Below the pieces are notes generated by a model. It worked only from the letters and a program-made list of their open reading frames with translations, had not been told where the DNA came from and did no database searches. The translations under genes were made by a program, and so were the position numbers. A DNA stretch of 62,971 nucleotides, filler included, from Intoshia linei (Eukaryota; Animalia; Orthonectida), in NCBI GenBank assembly GCA_001642005.1. It is 8 parts of 8 records of this genome, joined end to end, with 100 filler letters (N's around TTAATTAATTAA, not from the genome) between each part and the next. Parts side by side here need not be neighbours in the genome. Positions count along the whole stretch, not along the records: positions 6,596 to 17,154 come from LWCA01001259.1; positions 17,255 to 33,089 come from LWCA01000896.1; 6 more parts are not named here. One strand, given 5' to 3'. Shown here piece after piece: positions 12,301 through 24,965 of the stretch. How positions within the stretch are numbered: the stretch's first letter is position 1; every line of letters starts with the position of its first letter.

Positions 12301-12439
12301 GTCCAGATAGATTGAATTTGTCCTATTTTTGTACAAAAAAGTTGATTAAAAATATTACTGTGCACATTTGCCCTTCGCGGCGTTTAATCAAAGACTGAGA
12401 ATTGTTTTTTACAATCATCCAAATAAGTGAACTCGACAT
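9325..12439 (-). CDS. RPL28: 60S ribosomal protein L28 (eL28), 4 exons with a ~2.66-kb TE-filled intron 2
   Basis: MSSSLIWMIVKNNSQSLIKRR..|DKFNLSGRNTFKSNGLIHKNSVAI..|..KRPDLTM|TAIRKASVLMKG matches eL28 motifs (WMVVRN.S.FLIKR, NLKARNSFRYNGLIH, RPDL..AIRRAS). Not in the ORF track because the exons are short. Confidence 0.9.
10660..10786. mobile_element. 127-bp hAT-type MITE in RPL28 intron
   Basis: Imperfect TIRs tagcgtttccca / tgggaacccctg flanked by a perfect 8-bp TSD, CTTTAATC (10652-10659, 10787-10794). Confidence 0.85.
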
Positions 12440-12960
12440 TTGTTAATTAAATTTAAAATGAGCGAAATATTATAAATATAAAGTACACGTGAAAACTAAT
12501 TTATCAAAATTGAATTAACTTTATTATTCAACATTTTTGGTATCAAAATATTTATTTTCTTTATCAGTCTTGGCAAATCATGTGAGTGGGTTTTATTTCG
12601 TCATTCAAAAAGGTACATCCGATTTATTGATTGTGAGTGAAAATAAATTTAATGTGTATAAAAGGTTAACTTTAAATGAATTAATTGTAATTATCTCTTT
12701 GGTTAACCGTATATATTAGAAGTATAGATTGTTCACTAAAAATGGTTACACCAGGGTTCTATAATTTCTTAGGCGTGCCTCTAAACCTTCAATTACATGT
12801 CGGTGTATATTTTCTAGCTACCATAATATTTTCATGTCATTGTCAACCCAGTGCTTGAAAATTAAAGACAATATATGGGATCACAATATTCACAAAACAA
12901 TTCAAGAACCATAAAATTCTGACTACATTATCATGTAGTAAATGTATCATTATTGTATAT

Positions 12961-13935
12961 CACTAGGGCACAAAATAAACCGAAAAAATATAGCATACTG
13001 ATAATCCTAATAATGTAAAGAGTATAAAACACAAATTCATATATCGAAAATATAATTTTGATGTCAGATCAGGTTTCAAAGATACACCCATTTAAATAAT
13101 TTTTCTTGTAACTATAACTATTATGTGAAATTATGGTAGAATCTATTTAAATAAATATTTATTATTAGTGATATTTTGTTATCATTGATATCGTTATCAT
13201 AGATAACTTATAAACAACATGTGTAATTACGAAAACGCATTAAAGTATTGTTACATCTACGGCATTTACCTTGTCAAATCGAAGAGAATGTATAATATGA
13301 AGAATTCAATTATCATTGCATACGAACGTACTTTTGGCATGTCAGCAAAAAACATAAAAAATATTTGGACCCATTACACATTTGCAGTGTATGCTATATG
13401 TACTTTGAAAAGTCAGAGACGTTACACTTTAAAACTTGTGCGATGGGATGTTTTCTAAGTTCAAAAATGCATTATTTATAATGCCACCTAAATATGTTTC
13501 TCGAAAATTGCGGAGCCTGGTCCGACGAACATGGAGAGAGGTTCCACCAACATCTCTAAATACATGAAAAATATGCTTGGATACTATCTATGGAATGCGA
13601 AACAATGATAAACATTATTTTATTTTTTAATTAAATTTTATATTAATCTATGTATATTTTCAAATTTCGATCTTAACTATTAAAAATGGATGTACTGTTA
13701 ATTAAACAAAAAAATTCTCCATGTGTTCCATTTTATAATGATCTGCTATATTTTTTAATAATTAATTGTACCAATTTAATGTAAATTATATTTTTACAAA
13801 ATGTATTTCTTGTCGTAAATTTTATTTTAAAAGCTTCTTAAATTGTAGCCAGTGTACAATAACATAGAGTGACATTTCAACAGTATATAAAATTATCCCT
13901 GCTATATTAAAAAAATTTCGTTTTGTGACCTAGTG
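12961..13935 (+). mobile_element. Chapaev3-like (CMC superfamily) internally deleted DNA transposon
   Basis: CAC..GTG termini (cactagggcacaaaa / ttttgtgacctagtg) with a 3-bp TAT duplication. N-terminal relic MCNYENALKYCYIYG..AYERTFG and C-terminal relic ENCGAWSDEHGERFHQ. Confidence 0.72.
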
Positions 13936-14207
13936 TATTAAATAGATCTTAAATTTGTATTTGTCTTAGTAGATAAAATTTAAAAAAAAACATCAATAGA
14001 GTTTTAGAAATATTTCAACACTTTCAATGTAAATATAAAACTCGAATATAATAATATTCATGGAAAACCTATCTACCTCAATATCATGTAAAATTGTACA
14101 ACTTTTTATACATTTTATAATAAAGTATACTTTATTAAAAAAAATAAATTTATTTTCATTAAATTACGTAGTTTCATTTTGAAAATATTGCCTGATATAT
14201 TATCGCC

Positions 14208-14943
14208 ATGTCACATTTATATGTACCTCAAACTGCAGTTATAACTCCTTTATTATTCGGGAAATGGCCAATGGAAGTTACCAGCGATTCTGAACAATCA
14301 TCAGTAACATATTTTTTTAAAAGTTATTTATTTAACCATTATTCATCAAGGATTACACTGGAACACATATAAACAAGTACTTACCTCACCAATCTGGACG
14401 TTATCAAAAATGTCGTTTTGAAAAGGCTAAATGCCATATAGTGGAAAGATTGGTAAATGCTTTGATGAAACATGGAAGAAATAATGGAAAAAAATTGTTA
14501 TCAATGAGAATTGTCAAGCATGCTTTTGAAATTATAGAATTACAAACAGGACAAGTAATTTTAAATTTAAATGACTCAATAATACTTTAAATTTTAGAAT
14601 CCTTTAGTTGTCTTTGTCAAAGCTGTTGTCAACTCTGGTCCCAGGGAAGACAGTACCAGAGTGGGACGTATGGGTAGTATGCGTCGACAGGCTGTGGACG
14701 TGTCTCCACTCAGACGTGTTAACGTTGCACTATGGCTTATTTGCACTGGTGCAAGAAATGCGGCTTTCCGAAATATTAAATCTATTTCGGAATGCCTGGC
14801 TGACGAAATTATGAATGCTGCTAAAGTAAATTTATTTCTTCGTTTACCTTTGCTGTATTTCATTATATATTTAGGGAAACTCTAATTCATATGCCATTAA
14901 AAAAAAGGATGAAGTGGAAAGAGTTGCTAAATCTAACAGATAG
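14208..14943 (+). CDS. RPS5: 40S ribosomal protein S5 (uS7), 4 exons
   Basis: LFGKW..|[32 protein letters not shown]..|[42 protein letters not shown]|[22 protein letters not shown]. Three short GT-AG introns. Confidence 0.97.
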
Positions 14944-15372
14944 AGTGTACTATAGTCTATTAAATCTTTTGTCAAAATACTCATTGATTTATATTGTTTA
15001 ATGTTAGCTTATGGTCATTTTTATTAACTTTTAATTCCTCCATTGTTTTTTTTATAATTGTATTAACTATGTTTAAAAATCTGAAACGGATTAATATGTA
15101 GGAAATAATGAGAGCAAATCGATAAAACAAAGCGAAAATATCTATTGAATAGTTAAATTCAAAAGGTAGATTGGGAAACTAAATGATATAATCAATTAAC
15201 CCAAAAATATTTTAATACAAGTTAATCGAATATCTTTGAAATTTAAAACCTAAATTCACCAATCTAGATATGGGATGGTAGGTGTACCTATTCTATCAAC
15301 CTATTTAAAGCATCTAATTTACTGACCTATTACATTGTAATAATTTCATAAGTCTTATTTATAAAATTGAAG

Positions 15373-15602
15373 ATGACGATCAAACTACCAATAGAATTTA
15401 TAAAAAAAGAGTATAATCCAAAAATTGCATTGGAAACATCTTCAAAGCCCCGAGAACATCAATGGATAGACGACAAAAATTGGCACTTGGTCGAAGACAT
15501 TGAATCTAAAATTAAAAAATCACAGGTAGAGTGGAGTCAATATGTTCAAAATAAAGATCAGGATGAGGTACCTTTCTACAGTTTGCATCATATGCCTGCA
15601 AG
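15373..15602 (+). CDS. First exon of an unidentified small protein (3' part not located)
   Basis: Protein-like ORF MTIKLPIEF..VPFYSLHHMPA ending at an AG|GTTAGT donor. The downstream DNA is a TE followed by a spacer. Confidence 0.4.
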
Positions 15603-16060
15603 GTTAGTATTTTATATAAAAAAATTATGCGGGATCATATCTCTAGTTTTAAGGGACCCGTAATAATAAGCTTTAAGCCTAAGGATTTAATTGGTTCGGT
15701 TTACTTCCTTATACTCAAGAGATTGATAAATTTACTGTTTGTAAAATTTGAACCGTCCGTGTAAAATTAAATTTGGGTCATAAATGAATTATATTTTGAA
15801 ACTATTAGGTTAATCCTAAAAGTGCGTAACATTAATTGAATTTATGAACCATACAATCTATTATAATATATAATCTGTAATGATAATTATATAAGGCATG
15901 ATCATTAGACCAATCCTTTCCACTAAATGGGTCATCACGACCCTCAAATGTTATCTTATACAAATTGTGAATCTATTATACTATTTATGAGATTGGAAAA
16001 TTTACTAGTTTACATTAGGCACCTTCTGTTCATTTAACTACATTATTGTAAAATGTACAG

Positions 16061-17154
16061 TAGGGTGCCACACACATCTAAATTTTAATTGCGCGTAGTG
16101 AAAATTATATTCACTATGTCGTTTTTAAAATTAACTAAAATGACCTGCTTGATCCGCAGGCTTTAATTAAAGTTTTACAAAATTCTGAACTAAATTTGGA
16201 ACGAATAAACATCAGTTCAAACTATTTTACATAATTACCACCGGTTTTACACGTCGAAGCATGACGAAAAGATGCGAAAATAGTATTGTCGGTCATTTTA
16301 TGTGTTTTAAACTGAACTACAATAAGTCACCAACAAATCTCCTGAGGGATTATTATGTATTTCGATTAAAATAAGATGCTTAATTAACTAAATAACAACC
16401 ATCATTCACGTATAGTTAGACCAATTAAATAAATATATAATTTAATGATGAAAACATATACCTCAGTTTAAGCGTTTGCATAAAGTGTTACATAGAAAAA
16501 ATGAATTTATTATTAAAAATTAAATTAATTTATTTAATAAAATTAAGTGTTGATACAATTATTTGCCTCTGTGTTGCATCTGTTGAAGGCTGAATTGATT
16601 TTTTGTACTTCATTAAGGCTCTTTCAGCGGGATCGTTAACCGAAGGAGCGTTCTTCACAGGGTGAACATTTTTATTGAGATAGTCGTCGTGCAGTGAAAA
16701 TTTTCTTCAAGCAGTACTACAGATTCTTCGAAATATATCAGATCTACTAGATATATTTCTCCAGGAATCGAGCATGCAGAGGTCGTTGGACTTCGCATTT
16801 TGTGTGTCAGCAGCCTTTAACCAAAATGGCAAGTAGCCATAGAAAATCCAAATTAAAAATAATTTCATCAGACTTGAGGGGTTGATTCCAAGTATATATG
16901 ATTTCGTAGAGTACAAAATACTTGACATCCATCGAGCTTTCGATACCGCTCCGGGTATTCTAAGGGTTATTCGACCACCAAATATCACAGCTAATAAGAG
17001 GTCATAACATTCTTTATAATCGTCGCGCAGGTTTTTGGCTCTTGATAGAATTGTGGATCTGGCATGCCAAGAATCAATTACATCAGCCTCGATTTGTGGA
17101 ACTTCATGTGGACCATAAAACGTTTTACTATTTTCCTTGTAGGCTTCAGAAACT
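16061..17154 (-). mobile_element. hATm-like DNA transposon, 3' part with decayed transposase
   Basis: PGAVSKARWMSSILYSTK and VNDPAERAL motifs; TAGGGTG terminus at 16061; truncated by spacer. Confidence 0.7.
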
Positions 17155-18019
17155 NNNNNNNNNNNNNNNNNNNNNNNNNNNNNNNNNNNNNNNNNNNNTT
17201 AATTAATTAANNNNNNNNNNNNNNNNNNNNNNNNNNNNNNNNNNNNNNNNNNNNGTTTTGTGGTTATAATTTACAATTTATTAATACCATAAATGTATAA
17301 CGTAAATAATAAGTTCAATTCGTAACGCCGTAACATTTTATGCGTATTTTGAACCGAATTTATAGTCTAATTACAAGAATAGATTTTTTTGAATTTCAGA
17401 ATTATCTGTTAACTACGTTCTTATCTCACTATTTAATCTATTACAAATCCTCAATTAATTAAATATTAACAAGAATCATCAAAAAACAAATTTTCAAATT
17501 TTATCATATTTTTTTTGCGTAATGCAGTAACGGTTTTTAACTGTAAAAGTACGTTTTAGTATTTACTTATTTGTAAACACTAAATTAACCAATCATTTAG
17601 GAAAAAACTATTTCATTAATAATTTACAGCAGGATTTACCCATCGGGAACAGATACTGGATCGTTTAGATTTTAGAAAAACTGATAAAAATGAGGAAACT
17701 AGTTTTTAACATTGATAAATTTCATTCTTGAAAATTACCATCTTCACGGTCGAAAACCCAAACTACTCCCTTTTTTGAAAATGTAAAAAAACTAATAATC
17801 TTAAAATTTGAAATAAATCATAGCTAATACAGCTTTTTCTATAATAGTTAAAATATAGAAAAATTTAAATATATTAAATTAACGCCTTTATCGTTAAAAA
17901 TCGGGTTATTTTTTTATTTATTTAAATTCATTAAAATTAAAACAAAATCAGTAATAATCCAAAAATTTAATATTATGATTGCTCTGATACTTTTTATTAC
18001 AGTTGACCTAGAGCACAAA

Positions 18020-18311
18020 CAAGGCCGGTAGAGGAACTAGGGCTATATGGCTCGGGCCCACATTCATAAATGCCTACGTTTTAAATTTATTCATAGGTAA
18101 TGTTGGAAAATTTTTTGAGTATACCAAAATTTCGATAACCAATGCGAAAATTCAAATGCGAAACCAAACCAATTCAACAACCAATGTTATTTTTAATTTT
18201 TAGATAATGAACGATCGATTAAACAATGTATAGAGGTCCCATTTTTAAAAATTTTTCATAGGGCCTAAAATGTTTATCTACCGGGCCTACTGCTCGCTCT
18301 CGACGACCCTG
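18020..18311. mobile_element. ~290-bp CAGGG-type MITE family (other copies ~42323-42580, ~46254-46360, ~22454-22560)
   Basis: Shared ggccgtggagagg..gggccatatgg..gggcctacaatcata and aatgtatagaggtcccatttttaaaaa blocks; degenerate TIRs; no clean TSD in this copy. Confidence 0.6.
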
Positions 18312-18730
18312 AACAGGAGCGCAAAACCTGCAACCGGGAGAGAGAGTTTATGTGCGGCTGTGGGCAATCCATGTTATCGTAATAATTTTGTTTTATTTAG
18401 AAAAATTTTATGTCGTTATATAAAATTACAATGAACAAAGCACTGTATTCAAACGGTGTATTTTATAATACATGTATTTATTATAATTTCATAAGCCTAT
18501 TCCCATTGAACATCTTTGTAAATGACTAAATTTAAATTTCGTGGTTGATTTATTGTGCAATGTATTACAATGCAATGCAATCTACCATTTTACTTTAAAT
18601 TATTAAATATTACATCAGATTTTATTCACGGGCATTTTAATCAAAAGTTACATTTGTGACTTTACCTCAATTTTTAATTTTCAGTTAAACAAATTATAAA
18701 TATTTCTGATATATTGAATATTTTTTTTAG

Positions 18731-21700
18731 AAATGAAAGTCAATAATTTGATGGAAACAAAACCAGTTATGCCAGGATTAATAAATGGTTTGATTGACGC
18801 TATAGACGGATTTTTATTGGTTATAGATAAAAGTGGAATCATATTTTTAGCTGGAGAGTGTATTGAAAGAGTTATGGGATATCATCAAGTAAGTTTTCAT
18901 TATATACGGCACGATGGTCCAAATCGTGACTCGTGGTTCGCATGCGGCCCATCAGATCAAATTTTGCGATTAGAGTAGCTTTGCATCTGAATTGATAGAA
19001 AGGTTGTGCACCCCTGGACTAAAGTCTGTAAATCTGCCCACACCAGGTATATCAAATAGAATTCAAATCAACTGGAATAAACTATATCAGACTATATTTT
19101 TTTTAATTTCTTGGACCATTAAGAATAATTAATATTTAACATTTCTTATTTTACAATTTGTTTTATATCATTAAATAATTTGAAATAAAAAAATATTCTT
19201 TACTTAAATAAAATGGAATGTCTGTGTGTTATCGTTTTATTAATAAATTCGAATTCCTACATTTAAAAACCCACTTTCAAAAATATTTTTTCGACAAGGA
19301 TGTTTATTGTAAATTTAATATTCAGAAATTGAGTCCTTCAAGGTCAAAAACATGACTATCATTGTCCTTTTTTTAAAATTTAAACGAGTCCTAGAATTAT
19401 AAAAAATACATAATCTGATAAAGATAGAAAATTATCAACATTATGATAAATATTAAATTTAAAATCTTATATTTTCACAGCCAAAACCACAAATTACCGT
19501 TTTTTTTAAAATGAAAAAAGTCCTATAATTTTATACAACATAAATTTTGGGATGGGTTTTAAAATGATATATATTCATAAATCGACAACACAAAAAATTT
19601 AATTTTTACAATAAAAACCCCAGATTACCTTTTTAGAAAAATTAAAATATTCCTAGAATTTTAGATAAATTTCAGTTGATACAATTATAGTCAGTTAACC
19701 ACACAAAAAATTTCAATCTGACAAAGTGACGCCTTCACTGTTTAAAATGCACTTTAGTATGAATTTTTTTTATTTCGAAACTATTTTATACATCAAAAAA
19801 AAATTGTAAAAAAAAAATTTGAAACAATTAACGATAACTGATAACCTGCAAATGTATATTGCGCAAATGCACAAAACGTATTCTCTTTTGTTGGCTGTAC
19901 TTTATGTAATTTATTAAATGAAATGATAATATGCAATAATAATTCGATATCCAATACCCCGCAGATGAATATTGTCAAATCAAAGAAATATTAATTATCT
20001 TACTGTATAACTTTTGAATATATAATCTAAACAAACGTATTATAATAAATGTAATTTATTTATAAATTATACAGTATTTTTTATACTGGTTCGATGATTT
20101 TAAACGATTTATCTCAAGAAATTCTTCATCAATAGGAAAATATTTTTGCCTGCGAAAAAATAAAGAATATCTTTTTGTAATCAAAATTTTTACATTATCG
20201 TTGTCTCGCAAGTTCTACTTTTTATTCAGTTTTAAAAAAATTCTATTAAAAAGATTGCAAAACCCAGGTTTACATAGACCCTTATGATACACTTTACAAT
20301 GGCTACTTTATATAACGAAAAGAATGAACATTCAAAATTAAATTGTATAAATAAATATCAAATTTCTAGCACAGTAGGATAATTGATACTTACATTAACA
20401 CCTTGTGATATATTATTTAATTGACACATTTAAATTAAAATTTAAAATTTAAATGTTTAATTGTAGGTTGATATCCTTCATCAAAATATATATAGTATTA
20501 TTCACTCAGAAGACCGGGAAATCTTACAATCATGTTTTAATCAACCGTTAGATAAAGGTAAATTATACATTTTTACATCTAAATAATAAAAATAATATAA
20601 ATTGTATTTAGATTTTTCTCAAAAGAATGTAAAGCTTTGCTTTCGTTTGCGAAGTGTTAAAAGTGTTAATAATACCTTCACTGTAATAATTTTAATTTAA
20701 TTTTAACGCAATTTATATTAAATTGCATAAAAGTTATTATCGGTGTAATAAAGTATATAGTTTTGATATTGACAATTTAGCCAATAAATATGACTGGTGT
20801 TTTGAAAAAATTGAAAAACGATTATTTTAAGCAAATGTCGAGTTTTGATATATACCCAAAAGATAAAAACCAAAGACATATAAACTGGCAAAAAAATTTT
20901 GAAAATGGAACATTAAACATGTACCAAAATGCATTCACTCCTTGTATTTTTGAAAATTCAAATACTAACTACATAAACACACAACAGAACGTAATGTCCG
21001 TTGATACGATAGTACTATTTGCAATCTGTAAACCCATTTCCAATTCAGAAATTTTCAATAATTTTCAATTAATCAGTGAAACGAAATTCGAAAACACATT
21101 TCAATCTGTACATTCATTGGATTTTAAATTTATACAGCCATTTTATAAAATGTAAAAAAATACATTTCTTCATATAAATAAAATGTATATTAATTTAGAT
21201 CAATTTCACCTCTAATCAATATAAATTTAAATAAATACAAACACAACTATCTTTACGATTTAATCACGAATGAAGATTTAAACTATGCCTTAATAACTCA
21301 CCAAAAAAGTAGTGTATTGATGTTGATGAATTAATTCATTTTTAGTTGTTTCAAAAGGTCATGGAATATTAATGTGTTATAGGTGGAAAATTGATAAATG
21401 TAATAAAAACCCAGTTTGGATTCAAACATATGCTAAAATTGATAATTTCAAAAATAAAAACAATAAAATTAACCAATTTTACAATACCCCGCTTATATTT
21501 TGCTATCATCGAATTTTAAAGTAATTTAATTAGTACATTAAAAATTTATTAATGTAATTATATAGTGACATTGATGCAGCGGAATTTTTGAAAAAAAGGA
21601 CAAGTCAATGCGAATCAAAGGAATTGAGTGAGAATATTTTATGCAAAATTTTTGATGAAGAAATGAATATTAAGTGTAAAAACAATCAAAATAATTTAAA

Positions 21701-22433
21701 TGTTAATCAATTCAATCAATTAGTCAATTCGAATTTATCAAATTTACCAAATTTACCAAATTTTTATGCTTACGACGAAACTGTAAAAAATCAGACCAAT
21801 AGTGGTGAAATGAAACCCTTTATTAATATTTTAAAAAACCCTCAAAATAATACTATTATGCCAAAACCTTTTAAACAAAATTATAATAACTGTAATTATA
21901 CACCTCAACTCACTTGTAATGATTTATACATTATGTACAATGTATATTGTACAATATGTAGTTCAGGGGTAGGCAACCAGTGGTCCGTAGGCCAAAAGTT
22001 GCTAACAGAATAATTTTGGTGGCTTTTTGAGTAAATATGTAAATTATTTATTTTTAAATTTTTCAACCTTTAAACATCGTTTTAAACATTTTCTACTATA
22101 ATTGGCTCATTATAATTATTTTAATTGTAAATTTTCACATGGCCCTGGATATTATTTTGCTGAATATACTAGAACCGTTTCTCTTTAGTTAAATTAAAAT
22201 GTATCATGTGTAAATTTTCAAAATAGGACCCGTAGAATTTTTTTGATATAAAAAGTGGCCAACGGGACGAAAAAAGTTGCCGATCCCTGATGTAGTTGAT
22301 ATTTATAATTTATAAATTAGATTATGAATCTTGTATGTACAAAAATACTAGCAATCCATCAATGCATCAACAAATTAAAAGAAATAAAACTTTGCACAAT
22401 CAATCTACATATACTTGGTTTAAAAATAAATAG
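18731..22433 (+). CDS. AHR: bHLH-PAS transcription factor, AhR/spineless-like: PAS-A, PAS-B, N/Q-rich tail; bHLH exon(s) not found
   Basis: AIDGFLLVIDKSGIIF..MGYHQ|VDILHQNIYSIIHSEDR; LCFRLRS..INMTGVLKKL; LFAICKP; FQSVHSLDF; YRWK..WIQTYAKI; HRILNDIDAAEFLKKR. These align with AhR QSDVIHQSVYELIHTEDR, FICRLR, LFAIATP, FRTKHKLDF and QRPLTDEEGTEHLRKR. The last exon is tentative. Confidence 0.82.
19030..19790 (+). mobile_element. Helitron-family copy in the first visible AhR intron
   Basis: tgtctgtgtgtt microsatellite and the cacagccaaaaccacaaattacc subrepeats shared with 47862-48590 and 58860-59370. Confidence 0.55.
21964..22289. mobile_element. 326-bp hAT-type MITE in the last AhR intron
   Basis: TIRs caggggtaggcaac / gttgccgatccctg with a perfect 8-bp TSD, ATGTAGTT (21956-21963, 22290-22297). 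Confidence 0.88.
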
Positions 22434-22579
22434 TTTTCCTTTCATAATTTAACCTGGACCATGGAGAGTCATCAGTAGGCCTGAGCCAGATGGAAATTTT
22501 AGGCCCCTATAAACATTTTTAAAAAATGAGAGCTCTATACATTTCTTAATGATTAAGTTTTGATCCAAAAATTAAAAAG

Positions 22580-23832
22580 GGAACTATTATATTTGTCAAT
22601 ATTTAATTACCGAAACTGTCAGTATTTTAATAAAAAATTGTCAGTATAAATATTAAAATGTCAGTAATAAAATGTACTTTGACAGTATTCAATTACATAT
22701 TTGTCAGTATATTATAGTGATTGTGATTTCTCAGGAAATGACAAAAGTCGAGAACCGGGAAATTAAAAATTAAATTTCCAGGGAAAAATAAAAAAATTTT
22801 ATTCATATATAATATAGAAGCATTAAAAATTTTAGAGACCTTAATTAATTTTAAAAACAAAAAAAAATTTAATTAATGATATAACACGAATCTAGATTGA
22901 AATTTAAAAATTTAACTTGTTAATTAGAAAAAAATTTATTTATTTTAGATTGTCGAAAAAGTGTTTCAAAACACACATAATATTGATAGATTCGTTTTTT
23001 CACGCGTTCTACGTTTTGTAACGAAATTAGAAGCAGTAGAGAAATTTCTTTCATTTTGTGTTGAAGTAGGTTGAACGGTCATAAGGGCTTCCTTTAATTT
23101 TAACAATATTGATGATAGCGTTCCAGTTCGTAACAACTCATAATATTTTTCAAAATAATATTGAAAAAAGAAGATAATTCCCTTAAGCGTTAGTAATTTG
23201 TGGTTGGAATAAGAAGTTTTTAAAAAAAGTATATTCAGAAAAAAGATATTTTTCCATTAAGGGCTGGAAAATTAGATTTTTTATTTGTGGTTTGATGAAG
23301 TGAATTTTTTTCATAAGATTTCGTATTATCGGATTTTTGAAAAAATTATCGGTGTATCTCAATTTTTCCATCAGGGCTTGAAATGGTATTTTTGATTAAA
23401 TTTCATTAGTGGTGTGATTTTTGAAATAGTAAATATAATATAATCATATTTTCATAATAATAACAAACATAAATCAAATACAGGTATGTCACAATTTTTT
23501 TCGGGAAATCCCGGCAAATTTGATTCTCAGAAATTATTAAATATCCCGGGAAATTTGTCCCGGTTTTTTTCCCGGCACAATCACTAACACTTTAAAAAAA
23601 ATTGCATTGAACGTCTAGATATTTCCAATAAAAAAATATGGGTAAAAATCTATATAATTTATTATATAATTTATAGATTTTATAATAAAGTATATAGAAA
23701 TAAACATTTTATAAAATAATATTTTGTCAGTAAAAAAAATACTAACCTAAAAAAACCTAAAATACTGACAAATTAATATTTTTACTGACAAACTATTTAA
23801 AATACTGACACTTTACAAATTAACATACTGCC
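22580..23832. mobile_element. Foldback/MULE-like MITE with TGTCAGTA subterminal arrays, carrying a nested TAGTGATTGTG-TIR element (22715-23586)
   Basis: Several tgtcagta copies on the left and inverted tactgaca copies on the right. Inner element TIRs are tagtgattgtg / cacaatcacta; another end of that element lies at ~55545-55591. Confidence 0.55.
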
Positions 23833-23939
23833 TTTTCATTTTTATTTTAACGTACTGGTCCTATTACTATATAACAGGGGTGCCCAACCTTTTTTTAATG
23901 CGATCATCTTTAAAAATTTCAGATTTTAAAAAAAGTTAA

Positions 23940-24965
23940 CACCCTAGTATTCAGTATCTTCTTTCGATAATTAAAAAATATTAATTTTGCATTAATAATT
24001 AACGTAAGAAAAAGTTTAAAAACATATTTCGGATGAATTTTACCAACATGGTAAAGCATTGTAATAAATACAAAAATGATAATAACAAAGTTGTACTTTC
24101 AGTTGGTATAGTTTTACAATAAATTTCCTTAAATTTTATAAAAAATGAAAAATTGTGAAGCAATGAAAAAAAATCCAAAGGAATGAATTATATAGATTTT
24201 CACCAATATTTCTTAATTGGAAATGTGTAAACGTTCAATGCACCATTTTTTTTTGAAATTGTAGGATCAATATTTACATTTTCAATTTTTATTTTACATG
24301 TTCATTGTTAATCGAAATATTTGAGAAATATTGGTTGATAATATATTAAAAAAGTATTTTTCACTGGGAATACGTGGATTTTTAGCATTGAAATTTTGTA
24401 TTTATATCAACTGGAATGAGCTGTATCAGCATAATCTTTTTTTTAATTTTCAGACCGTTATTTATTATTTCACATTCTTTGTTTTAATAAAATAGTTTCA
24501 AATTAAAAAAATATGAATACATATATGTACTAAATTTTAGTCTAAAGTGCTTTTTTGACCGTGAATGCGTCTCTTATTCAGATTGAAAATTTTTGTGCGT
24601 TTTAACAGGATACGACTGTACCACCTGTATTTTTTTTAAAATTTTAAGGCTGTTTTCATTTAAAAAAAAGGTAATTTGGGGATTTGGCCCTAAAGATATA
24701 TTTTTTTTTTAAATTTATATTAATGATTTTAAAATCTGTATCAGCGTATATATTTTTTTAAATTCTCCAACTCGTTTGATTTTCAAAAAGAGGAACAATT
24801 GGGGTTTTTGACCCGTAAGATGTGAGTTTGAAACTTATCTTATTATACGTCCCATAAAACTGTAATTGAAATGTCGACTTTATAAAATTCTAAGACTGGT
24901 AGTTATTTCAATAAAGTAAAACACACACACACAAAAACAAAAATCGGGTAGCATATTATATATGT
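23940..24965 (-). mobile_element. Long copy of the non-autonomous Helitron family
   Basis: Joins the (GT)n 5' region seen at 48540-48590 to the body seen at 6596-7060. Confidence 0.6.

Noticed and set aside
14594-14863. Antisense or alternate-frame ORFs over RPS5, Rho, domino and MRE11 (e.g. 14594-14863, 28982-29239, 33437-33655, 52195-52443)
   Set aside because: Shadows of real coding sequence, with no independent protein features.
23183-23371. Short ORFs inside repeats (23183-23371, 26293-26580, 35326-35529, 40434-40619, 42953-43354)
   Set aside because: Low-complexity F/I/K/N-rich translations of AT-rich TE sequence, with no domain motifs.
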